Source of the DNA: Mytilus trossulus
Taxonomy: Eukaryota
Reading direction: 5' to 3'
DNA: 64,000 bases
NCBI RefSeq assembly: GCF_036588685.1
Contig: NC_086377.1
Location: 29,264,001-29,328,000, forward strand
Shown: piece after piece, positions 49,441 through 64,000 of the stretch
Layout: each line of letters begins with the position of its first letter
Numbering within the stretch: the first letter of the stretch is position 1
Translations under genes and position numbers: made by a program
Notes under the pieces: generated by a model
Databases searched by the model: none
Told to the model about the DNA's origin: nothing
Seen by the model: only the letters and a program-made list of their open reading frames with translations

Positions 49441-51762
49441 TGGGGAAATACATAGATATGTTCACTGTTAAAAAAGGTAAGTATGTATTAATGGAAGACT
49501 TTAAATATGACAGAGGAGGGAGAAGATTTATTGACATAATCCACTTTATCATTTATAACTCTAATAAAATTACACAAATATCTAAGCTTATATAAAAAAA
49601 AAAGAAGATGTGGTATGATTGCCAATGAGACACCTCTCTACAAGAGACCATATAAAACAAAAATTAATACAAAAAGGTCACCGTACGGCCTTTAACAATG
49701 AGCAAAGACAATACCGTATAGTCATCTATAAAAGGCCCCCGAATTGACTTAGACTATTTAGATGTATTTATAAGTTCACTGAACTTAAGAATATTACAAT
49801 GTTGTGAGAACTTTTTATCTAAGTATTTATTTCTTTATGTTGTGAAAAATTTGCATTTGTGGAACATTCTTGTTACTGGTAGTTAGGAAAATATAGTTTG
49901 GAGTAAGAATGAAATATGTGCTTAATAAATTGTTTAAAAAAATATTTGGAACATTTAAGTAAAAACTGGTGGTATGACACTGTTAACTTAAAATTCACAG
50001 ACCAGTTCAGACAGACATGGTATGCAATTGTACATAATTCTCCAAAAAGCTATAAATTATTTAAAATTAGTTTAATTTCGAAACCTATTCTGATATTTTA
50101 GATGACAGATGACACAATTATTGCTATTGAAATTGTTAAAGGAGGCAAAAGGTTCAGAGAGAAAATCGATTTTGTACTTTCTGCAATGCCGTTGATATTG
50201 TCGACGAGGTCCATTACATGTATATTTCAGAAATTTGACAATAGCCGTTAGAAGACAAACGCTTTTATAAAAGCATCTTTTTGTAAGTTGCCAAAATTAC
50301 AAAAAAATAAAACCAAGGTCAAATGAATAGCAACAACCCATCTGTCATTTTTTTGTTTGCTATGACATTTGATAAGTAAATAACGCATGTCAATGATTCA
50401 GCTGAACCTTATAATATTTTTTTTCATTGATTATGAAGCTAAAAGGCCAACGCACCACCTCAAAAGAATCGCAACAGTTTAATTGATGAAGATGATCCAT
50501 TTATCAAACCTAAATATGTGCACCCTTCTATCTTAAAGAAGAGCAGACAGACAACGTATTGATCATATTCTAGCAAGAAGACAAAGGGAGTACTACCAAC
50601 AAATAAAAAAAGAAGAAAATACACGCCCGTTCGACAGTGCTTTTATTATTTATAGGCACTTCAATTAACATAGACAATGGATTTCAATGTAATACCCCTT
50701 TTCCCTGGTTCCGTCTACATCTAGTATACATATTAAGGACCATTTATTCTCATCCATCATCTTCTGGAACAACATACATTTTTTTGCTCTTTAGAGTCTC
50801 TACTATGTAATATGTGTGCAATTCAAGTGATTTGTGTGCAGATATAAAACACAAGATCGATTAGATCAATCCTAAATAAGAGGCTAAACTGACTATCTCA
50901 TTTGCAAACCTACAACTTGTCCTTGTTTATATGGTAAACGGAAAAAAAGTTACAGGATAAAAAGTCACAATATCCCTAGGAAAAAAAGTCACAGGAAAAA
51001 AAGTCACAAGAAAATAAGTCACAGGAAAAAAAGACACAATTTGTTTAAGTAAAATTATCTGTCAGAAATATGTTGGAATGCATGTGAAAAAGTCACTCTG
51101 TACATGTATGCAATAAATAATTAAACTGGAGTTTTTGAATGCATTGAAAAAAAGTAATAATATAGTTATATGAAATGTAATGCACAAACTCCTCTGGGAG
51201 GAAACGGGAAAAGCCCATATTATCGAGTATACAATATTATTGAAATCGGAGCAATTGTATTTTTTACACAAGTTAAACTTTAGATCGATTCTTTGAATGT
51301 CTGTATTTATCTTTTAAAAAATATTGAATCAAAAAAATAAATAACAAAATCATGTGCAAAATAAATCTCATTGAAATTCCTATGAAATAAAAAAAAATCC
51401 ATTTAAATTAAAATTTGAATCATAATATTTCTTTAAGATGATTATAGAAACATAAATATTTGAATATGTTTTAAGCAAGAATATGTTTTTAAAGTTATGA
51501 TCATAATTTCATATTTTCTTAAAGTTTATTATAATACATACTTCTTCTGATTTGACACGGGAAATTAAGAGAAGATATTTATTTGTACATTTATGAAAAC
51601 TTTTGTATATCACAAAATTTAAACTATGTAATACATGTATACACAGGATGTTTAATGCCACCCGGTTGCTTTTGGTTTGCATGTCTACCTGATAAATATA
51701 TTGTTATGTAACATTATAACCCAAGTCCAGAGTTCACCTGTTCTGTAATGGGATAAAATTTT

Positions 51763-52688
51763 GGCAGCACTCCTTTTGCGCCAATTACTGTTTTTCAGGG
51801 GTATCATTTGCGCCAATATTGTTTTTTCTCAAATGTATCAATTGCGCCAGTTTTCGGAACTCATTTGCGCCAATTTACCTGAACACATATTGATCGTACT
51901 TATTAAAGATTAATATATATTTAGTATCATTTTTGTCTTATAAATTTTTGTTCATTAAATAATTGTTACTGTTGTTGGTGAAAGGTGGGTATAAATAATA
52001 GGATTACCATTAAACTAATAAAAGTTTGGAAATATAAACAAACAGGTAAACACTAATTATAAAAAGTGTTCAGTGACAAATATAAAAGGTGTTTTTTCTG
52101 ATGGAACATTTTTAAGTGTTGTACGAAGTATTTCCAGCAATTGTATACAATACATGGATTCAGGAATGAACATTATATTCCACTTTTGATTGTCTTTTGC
52201 CTTCCAAATCAGGAGACTGTTATAGAAAAATGTAAAAGATTTAATCTTCAAATGAATTTTACATCTATGCATGTAGATTTTGAAGAGAGAATGCAAGTTG
52301 TCGTTAAAGAGTTTTTCCCAGGAATTATCATTAAGGCATGTCGTTTTCACCTTGGCCAGACATGGGGTCGGAAAATACAAAATCTTGGACTAGCAAAAAA
52401 GTATAAAAAAAAGTTGGCAGTGATGTTAGCAAGTAGTTACACCATATTGTTTATTAGCTTTTCTGAACCCAGATGAAGTAGGTGATTGCTTTGCTGAAGA
52501 TTTAATACAGGATATGCCAAAAGACAAGAAAATAGAAGTAATTTTTCTTTAAATTGGCGCAATCGTATATTTTATTTTTGGCGCAAATGATACCATGTAA
52601 TTTTTAAAACAGGTGGCGCAAACGTAGCATTGGAGAAAAAAAGTTGTGGCGCAAAAGGACGCATTTTTGGCGCACATGGATCTCTCCC
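51763..52688 (+). mobile_element. Internally deleted Mutator (MULE) element with a transposase relic
   Basis: DGTF, YTIHG...YIPL, VDFE...FP...ACRFHLGQ...RKIQNLGL (DDE and CxxH motifs); inverted tgcgcca subterminal repeats; imperfect flanking duplication aaaatttt/aaaatgtt. Confidence 0.8.
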
Positions 52689-52921
52689 AAAATGTTCAAG
52701 GTATAGAATAGTTATCTATAATATTTGTTCGGCATTGTTCTTTTTTCTCTTGGGATGAAACATTTTTTTGGTTCTAAAAGGAATGTATAAATATATTTCT
52801 AAAGAAAGAAAAATATACTGATAACAGGAAAAACACATTTAAAAAAGAAGAGAACATTTTTATTATTAATTTTATTGTAAACTATTTTCTGGTAATAGTA
52901 TATCCTAGACATCTGTCAATA

Positions 52922-53029
52922 CAAGGATTTGTATAGTTAGAAGGATTGGAATCTCGCGGTTTATCGTAATCTCTTCCGCGGCGAGACTTCGCACTACTCG
53001 CCACTATACTCTAACTATACAAATCCTTG
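52922..53029. mobile_element. 108-bp mini TIR element (P/Galileo-like)
   Basis: Perfect 20-bp TIR caaggatttgtatagttaga; 7-bp direct repeat gtcaata on both flanks. Confidence 0.75.
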
Positions 53030-53509
53030 GTCAATATAAATGTTCTCGTGTCACACTTAGAATAATATTTTTTTTAAATCGATGTTTGACAGAATTTTCC
53101 CTGAAATTAATCTGTTTTAAGTAGTATTCTTCGCCAGATATATGTTTTAATATACTTAGTCGATTTGCAATGTTTGTTTTTTTATTTACGGAATTTCTTA
53201 ATTTGTTGTACAAGTAGACATGGGTATCGGTAATTTAGCATTGAGTCAACGGAGAAATGACGAGAAAAAGTGCATGTTTTTTACAATTCTAAAGTGACAG
53301 ACTTTCAAAAATTAAACTGTTAGGACCAACATTGTTTGATAGAAATATGTTTGAATATCAAGGATTGATTTGCAAAAGATAGAAAACGGGTCAAGTTTAT
53401 GAGAAAATTAAACTTTATTGAAGCATCTATGCATTTTATATTGGGAAAATAAATACAAAATGGCGGCTAATATAGGTCACAAAAGTCAAGTGATGTCGAA
53501 CTTAGTTGG

Positions 53510-56180
53510 ATATGGGATATACTGCACTGATATATTACGTATACACTACACCCATGTCATACGGATACACTGTACACAAGATATAAGGATACACTGTACC
53601 AGTACTATAAGAATACACTGCACTCATAAAATACGGATACATTAAACCCATGTTATACGGATACACTGCATTCATAAAATACGGTTACACTGTACCAATA
53701 AAATACTGATACACTGTACACTTGACATACGGATACACGGTACCAATGTCATACGGATACACTCTACACCTGACATACTGATACACTGTACACTTGACAT
53801 ACGGATACACGGTACCAATGTCATACGGATACACTGTACACCTGACATACTGATACACTGTACACTTGACATACTGATACACTGTACACTATACATACGG
53901 ATACACGGTACCAATGTCATACGGATACACTGTACACCTGACATACTGATACACTGTACACTTAACATACGGATACACTGTACACTTGACATACGGATAC
54001 ACGGTACAAATGTCATACGGATACACTGTAAACATGACAATTGATACACTGTATACTTGACATACGGATACACTGCTCGCGAAAAATACGGATACACTAC
54101 ATCCATGACATAAGGATACACTGTTTCCATAATATACGCATACACTTAACTCATGAAATGCGATAACACTGCACCCATGTCATACGGCCACACAGAACCC
54201 ATAGCATTAGGAAACACGGCACTTGTGACATATGAATACAATGAACTCATGGCATACGGTCAAGCCTCTCCAGTGTCATATGGTAACACTGCACCCATTA
54301 TGTTTGGATACACTATATTTAGTACATGCAGTTACACTGCACCATTGACATACGCATACACCGCACCCATGACACATGGTAACTCTGAACCCATAATACA
54401 GATACAATGCACCTGTGATATTCTGTTACACATGCACCCATAAAATACAGATCAATAAATCAATGGCATGTGGACACACTGCACCCATGATTTACGGTTA
54501 CACAACAACCATGAAATACTAGTACAAATACACTGCCATTATGACAAACGGACACACTGTATCCATGACCTACGGATATACTGCACCCATGACATACGGA
54601 TACATTATGTAGTCGTACTATCTGGGCGTAAATAATAGAAGACTATGTATAGGGTTCTGGATAGTTTTATTATTCAATGAAGCATCAAACGAAACTCTCT
54701 GTCAAATACCTGAAACAATCGTGGAATTCCTCCAATACAAATGATACAAAATCGGAAACAGCAAATAAAGTAAATGAAACGTCTGTTCGGTTTGAACATC
54801 AATCCACCATTGAATATAGACTAAATATAAATAAACCGCCAAAAGATATATAACCAATGAAATAGCAGAAAGTGTGCAGTCAAATCAAGCGTAGAACACT
54901 GACCATCAGAATAGTAGAAGTGAGTAACAATCAAGGCCAAACTAGTCAATCGTCAAAGTCCGTGAATATAAAATACGAATAGTACCACTCATAATTAATT
55001 ACAATCCGTAATTAATCTATTTGAAAACGAAAACACAAATATGCATTAGGAATAAAATCATCTTTATTTAAAGTAAATTCAAATAGGAAATAAAATATAG
55101 ATTACAAAATCATATCAGTATTTATTCAATCATGAATAAATACACGCTAGCACAATTACACCCATAAAATACTAGTACGAATACACTGCACTTGTGGCAA
55201 ACAGCCACATAGCAAGCATGATATATGGATACACTGCACCCATGACAAACGGTTACACTACACAAATGGCATAGGGATACACTTCAACCATGAAAAACGG
55301 TTACACTACATCCATGTCATACCGCCGAATACACTACATCCATAACATACGGATATATTGCACCCATGACATACAAATACACTACACCCATGTCATACAA
55401 ATACACAGCATCCCTGACATACGGATACATTTCACCCATGACATACATAATTAAACATTAAACCCATGTCATACAAATACACAACACCCATGACATACAG
55501 ATACACTACACCCATGTCATACAAATACACAACACCCCTGACATACGGATACATTTCACCCATGACATACATATACACTACACCCATTTCATACAGATAC
55601 ACTAAACCCATGACATACGGATACATTGCACCTATGAAATACAGATACACTATACCGATGACATAGGGATACACTTCACCCATAGCATACTGCACTCATG
55701 AAATACGGACACTCTTTACTCATAGAATACGGTTACACTGCACCGATGACATAGAGATACATTTCACCCTTGACATACATAACTATACACTTCACCCATG
55801 TCATACAAATACACTACACCCATGTCATACAAATACACAACACCTATGACATACGAATACATTTCACCCATGACATACAGAAACACTGCACTCATAAAAA
55901 ACACGTATGAAATCCGGACACATTGCACTAATAAAATACGATTTCACTGCACCAAAAATAATAAGGATACACTTGCACCCATGAAATACGGAAACACCTC
56001 ATTTATAAAATACGGTTACACTGCACCCATGACATAAGAATACACATGTACCCATGAAATACGGAAACACTGCACTCATTAAATACGGTTACACAGTACA
56101 CTGCACCCATGACATAAGGATACATATGCACCCATGAAATACGCAAACACTACTCATAACATACGGATACACTGCATTCA
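53510..56180. repeat. Degenerate about 23-25-bp minisatellite (gacatacggatacactgcacccat), interrupted at about 54610-55140
   Basis: Dozens of variant units, with higher-order repeats at 53700-54000. Confidence 0.9.
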
Positions 56181-59100
56181 TTACAAACAAATAACACAAG
56201 AGAATGTGTGTGTTAAAGTTCAACGACCCCTAATCCCAACTGTTTTAAACCGTCCATGAGTTTGTATACTGGTCTTGATGGGGGTCTTTCAATACTGGAT
56301 TCTTCAATGTTTAAGGCAGTTTCTCTATTCCTTATTAATATTTTTCATTACACTGTCGTACTCTTTTATAATTTAACACCCAAGTATTCTCTATTCCTTT
56401 TATTTTGCCTTCTTGTTTCAATTATTAACTTTGGTCCATTTTCTAAAATATCAACCCATTATTCTCTTTTCTATAAACCCCCATGACACATACATAATCT
56501 TTATTTTTTTTATTTTTGTTTTTTTAAATATAGTAATTTAGCGATGATATACGCAGTTGTATACGAAAATGTTTACCTCAGCAATTAGTGAAGATGTTTT
56601 TGCAACACCTGCAAACAATAATTTCTCCACATACCAGATGCTACTCCACGATCACAAAATCAATGTACTTCATGTTGCGGTATGTGGCGACATACGATTT
56701 AAGAAGATAATATAGTTAATTATTTTGCTGAATTTGTAAAATAATAATACAAATTTTATCTTGTAAATTATTCATTTGTTTTAAATCATTTAATATGTAA
56801 AAATTACTTTCTAAAAAAAAAATAGGAATTAACTTGGATACCAAACTTTACTCTGGAAAACATAGAACGAAGAAGCTTGCATTGACAAAAAAGACAAAAC
56901 AAACACAAAAATATGATATTTATTTAAGGGAGCAAACCATTTGATTTTTTAATGGGGGAAGGGGCTAGTATTAAAAATTGTGTCCTGGATTTGTTTCTTA
57001 TTTGTTATCTTTGTCCTGCCTTTTTATTTTCACTCTATTCGGTCATGCCTTTTTTATTAATTCATCCTGCCTTTGTTTTGCATAAATGTTCATCCTTTAA
57101 TTTTTTTAATCCAAACTTCTGTCCTGCCATTTTCCAGACGATAGATGCTAATTATAGTACATGCCAATACGTCACATCATCTATTTTCATACCTTGAACA
57201 GGTATTCCTACAAAAACAAGGCCAAGACTTAACTTTGTAATATTGATTTATTTTATTCTTAACATCCTTTATACAAGGTGCCATACGACGTAACTTGTGA
57301 AGGAGCCAAATTATTTCGAACAAATTCAAATCGTGATTTTCTCATTCTGAATATATGTATATCTGTATTTGTCCTGGTCTTTTAATGTTTTATCGTCTAT
57401 AAGATAAGATAAGATAATACATGTATATATTTTAACCAGAGAACATCTTACATCAGTTGGTCATAGATCACCCTGTGTTACTAACACATGTTACATTGCC
57501 TTTTCTGTCATTTTAACAAATCGGCCCTTTGTAGTGATACAGATGCAACAGCTTCTTGATGTTTTACTTACAATCACGATTTGTGGTGTAACTGATTTGT
57601 TTTGTTGTGTTGTTTTATTTTCTGATGACTAAGGTACCGGTGTAGGGACGGTGGTAACAATTTCAGTACTAGTACATGTATCTATACAATTTGTGATTTG
57701 GCGACAAAATTGTTGTTGACTGCATTTGTTACATAAAATACCATGTTCAAAAAAGGTTTCGAAAAAACTGTTTTTGTTGTTTTGTATACAATGGCCTTTT
57801 TTTAAGTTATGTATATATTACACCCGCAACATGTAGGCTTCATTTCTATAGAATTAATTCTCGTGTTATTGGTTATGTACAGGCACCTACATCAGTTTGA
57901 CGGCAGTTGTCCCTTGAATATATGTAATAAATGTAAACACATGAATAGAAAGTAAGTCAAGAGAAAGGACAGTCATTGGATTGCACACAATAAGCGATAC
58001 ATTATTTTTTCTTTGATACATGTACAATGATATAGTACTAGTACTAGTAAAATATATAGTCAAAAGGAACCAGAAGACTCTAGGAATTAAGCAAACATCC
58101 GAACAAATATGATAGAAACATTAACATTTAATATAACAACATAAAAATTGAAAATATTCTGAGCGAGATTCGAACCCTTTCGTCAAAACCATCTTTAATA
58201 GTAGTTCTGTGCTTTACTGATGGAGTTAAGGCGATGCTTATAATAATATATCTTATTTAGAAGCTATATCGGTACAATTTATCGATGTTACAAGTTTTCT
58301 TTAAAAACAATGTTATTTATGTAATAAGGACACACTAAACCAATTTCATTTTGTAGGGAAAAAGTAGTATGAATAACAAGTCATAAAAAGCATATTTTTT
58401 TTCTGGTTTGAAATATCCTTCTGGGGAGATTCGCTGTTTTTTCAACCTAAAAAACACCCGAAAATCCGCATATTGGACTTTCATCCCTTTAGAGGGTTAA
58501 ATCAACTATTGGTCACACATATCATAATATTTATTTTTTTGTTTTTATGGTAGATTTTATTTTGTCGGCACTTTTTGAAATTGGCCCTTCTGTGAAAAAA
58601 ATCCCCGGCAAATTGTCCCTTCCTCTTTCATCCATATATGTATGATTGACATTATCAATTAAATGGTCTATTCTTACAATATTAATTGGTTGTTTATAAT
58701 TATGGTGTTCTTATTATGAAATATTTGCCACTAGACGTTAAACAACAACCAATCTGTCATTTTTATGACTTTTAGAAGCAAGGTTAATACAATATAAACT
58801 AATAGCTGAAGAATGATAATCAATGTAGGATTTAATGAAAAATATGATTAAATGATTGATTGTTGATGTTAGCACCACTTTCAATAACGATGGTGCACTA
58901 TAATGTTACATTTTTGAATCAGCGAAATGCTTTTATTCGTGAATTAAAGCGGAGTACCCTAAGATATCTATCGACCTTCGACAAGAATACTGACATTCTT
59001 AGTTAATTAAAATCAGGATTGCACACGGATGCCACGAGAGGAGGACAGTGAAATGTGTAGACACATATTTTGATAATTTCTGTTTCATTTGGTCTCGTGT

Positions 59101-60517
59101 GGAGAGTTGTCTCATTGGCAAACATACCACATCTTCTTTTTTTAAATACAGAGGCGGATTCAAGACGGACACAGGGGACATTGCTCCTTGTATGAATGCA
59201 CAATGTACTAGTAGTATACGTCTCTGATACTATAGGTTAGTCCTCTCCGTAAAACATTCAGGGATATACAAACGATCTTTCAGTTCCACGAGAATACTCG
59301 AGAAGTACAATGAAAAGCAATCGTTTACATAGGCTCTGTTGAACATATGGTCCGGGAACACAGTTATCGAAAATAGTCCCTAGTGTGGACAGTGTGTTGC
59401 TTGCCGATTTATTTATAACCCTTCCTAATGTATTTCTTCGTGTTTTAAGCCTCAAATAGCAAGTAGGGGGATGAAATTACACTGTAAAAAATTTTGGATC
59501 ATGAATTTTAAAGAAGAGATTTGGTCAAGCTGAAAAAGGTTAAACATTAGCACTTCGGCAGCTGTCAAAAGATTTCAAGACTCCCTTAACATATAATTGT
59601 CCATATTTTAAGTTAGAGTCGATGAGTGTTCTATAATTATTATATACATGTAATTTGTCCCAAAAATAGTACAATACAATGTAAAATTATCACTGAGAAA
59701 TCGCAGGTGGGATTTTCATTTATTGTCTCAAAGAAATGCACTACGAAATAACTGTGTACTCGGATTCTCGGATACAGGGAAAACAATTTTCAACAGATAT
59801 GTGTTTGAACATCTTCAGTTAGAAGAAAGGCAAGGAAATGGTCATTGACTTTCAGTATTATAAGCTAAAGGAAAGACTGCGATCATCTATTTAGTTGTTT
59901 TTTTAAATAAAAAAAATATCCTTTAAGTTACACGTTGTTAGGTTAGAAAGAATTTTCTAATGTATAGTGGGTCGAGACTGATTAGGTAACAATTAAACTA
60001 TATCGTGGATGTACTATAAATTTTACCTAATACATAAACTAGTAAATATTGTTGTTCAGGGGACAACTAAAGCGCGCATAGTTAATGTGTTTCGTAAATC
60101 CCCCGGCAACCTCACTCAACCTTCGGTCTTGTGAGGTTAAGGTCAAGGCTTTCAACATAAAGCTATGGTATAAGTTACAGATATTTCATATCTTTTGGAC
60201 AGTTTTCGAAAGCTATGGTATAGTTTACGAAATACCACAAAACTATCCAAAAGATATGAACTATCTGTTTTAACATATCGCATATATTGCTGTATGAAAA
60301 TGTGTATTTCATATATTTTTGTTAGTTTACTTTAAAAATACTTTTATAAGAATCAGTCAAATTACCCTTTTCGGACCTTACACATTTAGCTCCGCCTTCC
60401 TTATGAAATAAGCACTGGCTTCTGAAACAGCGGGACCATCAGTTAGACAAGATTTTTCGACAGCGATAGATACACATCTACATTGGTGACGGGTAACGTT
60501 ACAGACAAAATAAACTG

Positions 60518-60589
60518 GATGTTGCATATGGCTGCAAGAGATATTTTAAAAGTTTTCCGAATCCCAAGATTAAAATTGAACTGCAAAGG
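60518..60589 (+). pseudogene. Possible degenerate THAP-domain N-terminus
   Basis: DVAYGCKRYFKSFPNPK resembles the THAP CxAxGC...FxxFP pattern with the first Cys lost; possible donor gttagt follows. Confidence 0.3.
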
Positions 60590-63500
60590 GTTAGTGTAAT
60601 TTTCTATTTTATCAAAATGTTACGAAATGTTTAAATTTTTATTGTTAATTAATTTTATAATTCTGTGGAAATTTGAAAGTCAAGAATCTTTTGGCGAGTT
60701 TGAATGACTATTTCCGCGTTTTGATTTGTATCAGAAGCCCAAGTCACGCATTAATTTACAGGGTTTCAAAATGTCCACGATTAAAATCGCATGTAATGTA
60801 TATTCTAGATAATTTAAACAAAATGTTCAACTTCATTTAAAGAAACCTATGTTCAGCTTCATTTAAAGGAACCTATCTATTTTTAATTCAGTTTAGATTT
60901 ATATCAAATCGGATGAGAATCCAGGATTTTTAATGGGGAGGGGTCTAGCAAGTCAACTATATTTAAGAAAAAAAAGAACTACCCTCAACCATACAAGAAG
61001 CTCCTTGAAAAGGGCGTGCCTTCTTCCACTCCCTTCTACCCCAAAAAAATCTGTCTCGGCATTTTTAAAACCTTTTACCCAATATATTCATGTAGCTGTA
61101 CAGTGAGGCTATGGGAGTACAATCTTAAGTAGACGCCTGAATCACCGAAAATCAACATTCTTTCATGTATACATTTATACCTTTTTTTAAATTTGTTCTT
61201 GAATATTTTTTGTTTATTTAAAAATATAGGGAAGTACAGCTGAGTTGGGTTCGATTCCCACCCTAGGCATTCATTTATATCGGCTGGTGCAAAGCGGGCA
61301 GTTTAGCTTAGTGGCCCCACATTGACTCTGTTGTTAATATGTCAATTAAAAAATTCAGGCGGCCTCGTTCAGGTCGTGTCATTGTTTTTCTTTTCGAAAC
61401 AAAACCATGGTATAATTTTATCTATGGTATAATTTTCGGTTATTGAGATTTATACTCTTGTTGCATTCCCATAGGTTACATTGTACGGCTATAGGTTAAT
61501 TTAAGAAAAAAAACATCATTTTACAACTTTATTTTGAGTAAATCATAGAGAATTTAACGAGAAATTATTGGTGACTTCCATTCATATCTTCTTATCCTAT
61601 TTCCGATATGAGTGGGAGCATTTTACGAAATATTTTGGCTATTTAGAACTTTGCTTATACTTTTCTGTGAAAAGACGCGCATGCACGATTATGACACGAA
61701 GATAATACTAAAGTTAGTTCGGGGCCTGCCTCGAGGATGTGCGGTAATCGTTTGTCTTTCTGTACATGTACATTCAATTATTTCAATATAGAATCGAGCT
61801 GTCATTTTATCAATATAAGATTTTGAGAATTAAATGGAACTAGAACACACCCGCGAAAGTGTTGGCATTTCCAGCTTGTAAGCTGTTGAAGGATGCATTT
61901 TTGTAAAAAAAAAATATGTCTGGAGAATTTCAGAAAAGGTATCAAAAGCCCTCTCCCTTTTTTTCCGAAGTCCATTATATGTTTCCTTTCTGTTAAATTC
62001 CATTATTTTCCCGTTTCTGCCACCAGACCACAATTACTCTTCCGCTTTGCTACAGTGAATGTTTTGGTAAAAGTAAAATTAATTAAAAAAATTGCACCGC
62101 TTCAAACACAAATTAAATGTAACAGCTTATGGACCATTATTATTCTAATGAAATATGCTTCTAGGAAAATTCATCAGTGCTTTTCTTTCGAGAACCCTAT
62201 TAACATGCAAATCGTAGGATTTGAATCTTGTATAAATGACTAAGGTGGCAGAAACCAGTTATTTTACAATAAATCTTTAGAACTTCATGGATTTATGATT
62301 TTATTTTCTTGAAAATTCATTCAAGCTTATATGCAAATAAAATGTATGGTTTCAAGGAACCAAGATGTGTGCGTGCTTATGTAAATATATAGAAAACCTT
62401 TAAATGTGAGTGTCTGTCCAGCATGGAGATTTAAAAATTTATAAATGCATTGTAAATAAGGCAAAAAATGTGATGCTCTGATACCAATCTATTGCTCATT
62501 TGCAGAATCCTGCTAAAAGCCGACAAGAATTTTAGGCAAAATTCAAGTGAATTAGAGCCTTGTCCGAACCTATCCTTACCATCAAAATCTCAAGATATTT
62601 TTGTTTACAAAAAAATGAATATTTTCACTACTTTGATTGGATGCCGTCAAGTGAGGAGACCACAATTTTGACATCTGATTGGACCCATGTGTGAAGGAAA
62701 TCCCCAACCTGTGTATGCAACTACTTACTTGTGTAGTATACTAGCCTAGAATTTACATTCACTTATTTTTTTAGTCCACATGATGCAATCATATACCTCA
62801 ATGCTTTACTATAACAAAATTTCTGCGTGGGACACATGTTCTGGTACACCAAAACTGGTACCTGCTACCTAAGGCTAATTCCTACACTACTTTCGTTTTA
62901 GCCAAATAACTACTTTCGTTTTAGCCAAATAACTACTTTCACTTTCAACAATAATTTTTGTCCACATGTTTTACTTATTTCAATACATATATATGCAACG
63001 GTTATGACCCTTTGAATAGTACACATTTCAAAGGAAACAGTAGAGAAAATACTTAGGAATCATGACCCCGTATAATAAGTGGGAACTATATTCAAAGACC
63101 ACGAACAAAAATAATTGATTGTGGTTTGAAACCTTCTGTATATACTCTGAACATATTATAAAGTGTATTTGCTAATAATTACCAATTCCAAGTTTTTTCT
63201 CCACGGCGATCACTGCAGTATAACTATATTTCGTATGCGACTTTTTGTCATGTGACTTTGTTTCTGTGATACAGTCATTACAAAAGGGGACCTACCTTTT
63301 CCCACTTGTGCAAACCCGTTTTCAACTTCAACTTCGTACTTTATTTGGCCTATTGAACTTTTTTTGATTCGAGCGTCACTGATGAGTCTTTTGTAGACGA
63401 AACGCGTGTCTTGCATACATTGTATATACAAAATTTAGTCCTGGTATCTATGATGATATAAAAAAGATGTGGTATGATTGCCAATGAGACATCTATCCAC

Positions 63501-63705
63501 AAAAGACCAAAATGACACAGACATTAACAACTATTGGTAACCGTACGGCCTTCAAGTTTATTTTCATCCCATCATGCTCTCCATACAATTTTTACGTAAA
63601 TATTTCTTCGGTGCTAAGACTGATAACAGACACTTACTCATGTGACAGAAGTGAAAATAGTGAGTCAGAGTAACATATGAATTACATTACATTTTCATAT
63701 TTTAG

Positions 63706-63834
63706 CACAGGTTGATAGGCTTCACACCTAGACCTCGAGGACTGAAGTCAGCTGCAGTACCAACACTTTTCGCATTCAACCAAGGCTTGAGAGATGACAG
63801 TAATTCACAAACAAGAATAAGAGTGTTGAATGAG
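63706..63834 (+). CDS. Probable exon encoding a THAP-domain C-terminus (gene or transposase relic)
   Basis: ttttag|HRLIGFTPRPRGLKSAAVPTLFAFNQGLRDDSNSQTRIRVLNE|gtaaaa; contains the AVPTIF-like box. Confidence 0.5.
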
Positions 63835-64000
63835 GTAAAAATGTCATCATCTTTTTGATTTATAAATGAATGCGATGTTGGCTGATCAAAAATTAATATT
63901 TTAAAGCAAGTGGAATACAATAACAGTTGGTGTCTTCTGGCTATTCCTACATTTTGTATTTTATTATTCTGGCTAGTAATCCTACATGGGAGATTAGTGG

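Noticed and set aside
49860-50700. Possible transposase relic between MITE-like ends
   Set aside because: Coding-like fragments, but no diagnostic motif that I can identify.
61235-61270. tRNA-like B box (gggttcgattccc)
   Set aside because: No A box or cloverleaf; at most a SINE scrap.

Overview
AT-rich animal genomic DNA. The repeat landscape looks like a bivalve, probably Mytilus; this is an inference from recalled repeat motifs, not a database check. The dominant feature is one very large minus-strand, multi-exon gene (ATG at 44700) that runs off the left end of the window with no stop codon seen. It encodes a secreted collagen-like protein: a signal peptide, a short His/Tyr/Asn-rich N-terminal segment, an acidic linker, then at least 16 large phase-1 exons giving about 1,726 apparently uninterrupted Gly-X-Y triplets (about 5,180 aa). 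The triple-helical region is almost proline-free and Lys/Asp/Thr/Met-rich, with about 59 copies of a GMKGETGYKGMKGMQGMKGVKG cassette. Exon lengths follow a 1062-nt (354-aa, 118-triplet) unit: four exons are exactly 1062 nt, and adjacent pairs sum to 1062 or 2124 although their internal sequences are not collinear. Introns and the upstream 19 kb hold SINEs, HINE/MITE-type elements, satellites, a LINE tail, a MULE transposase relic and probable THAP-domain fragments. The long plus-strand Pro-rich ORFs are antisense shadows of the collagen.
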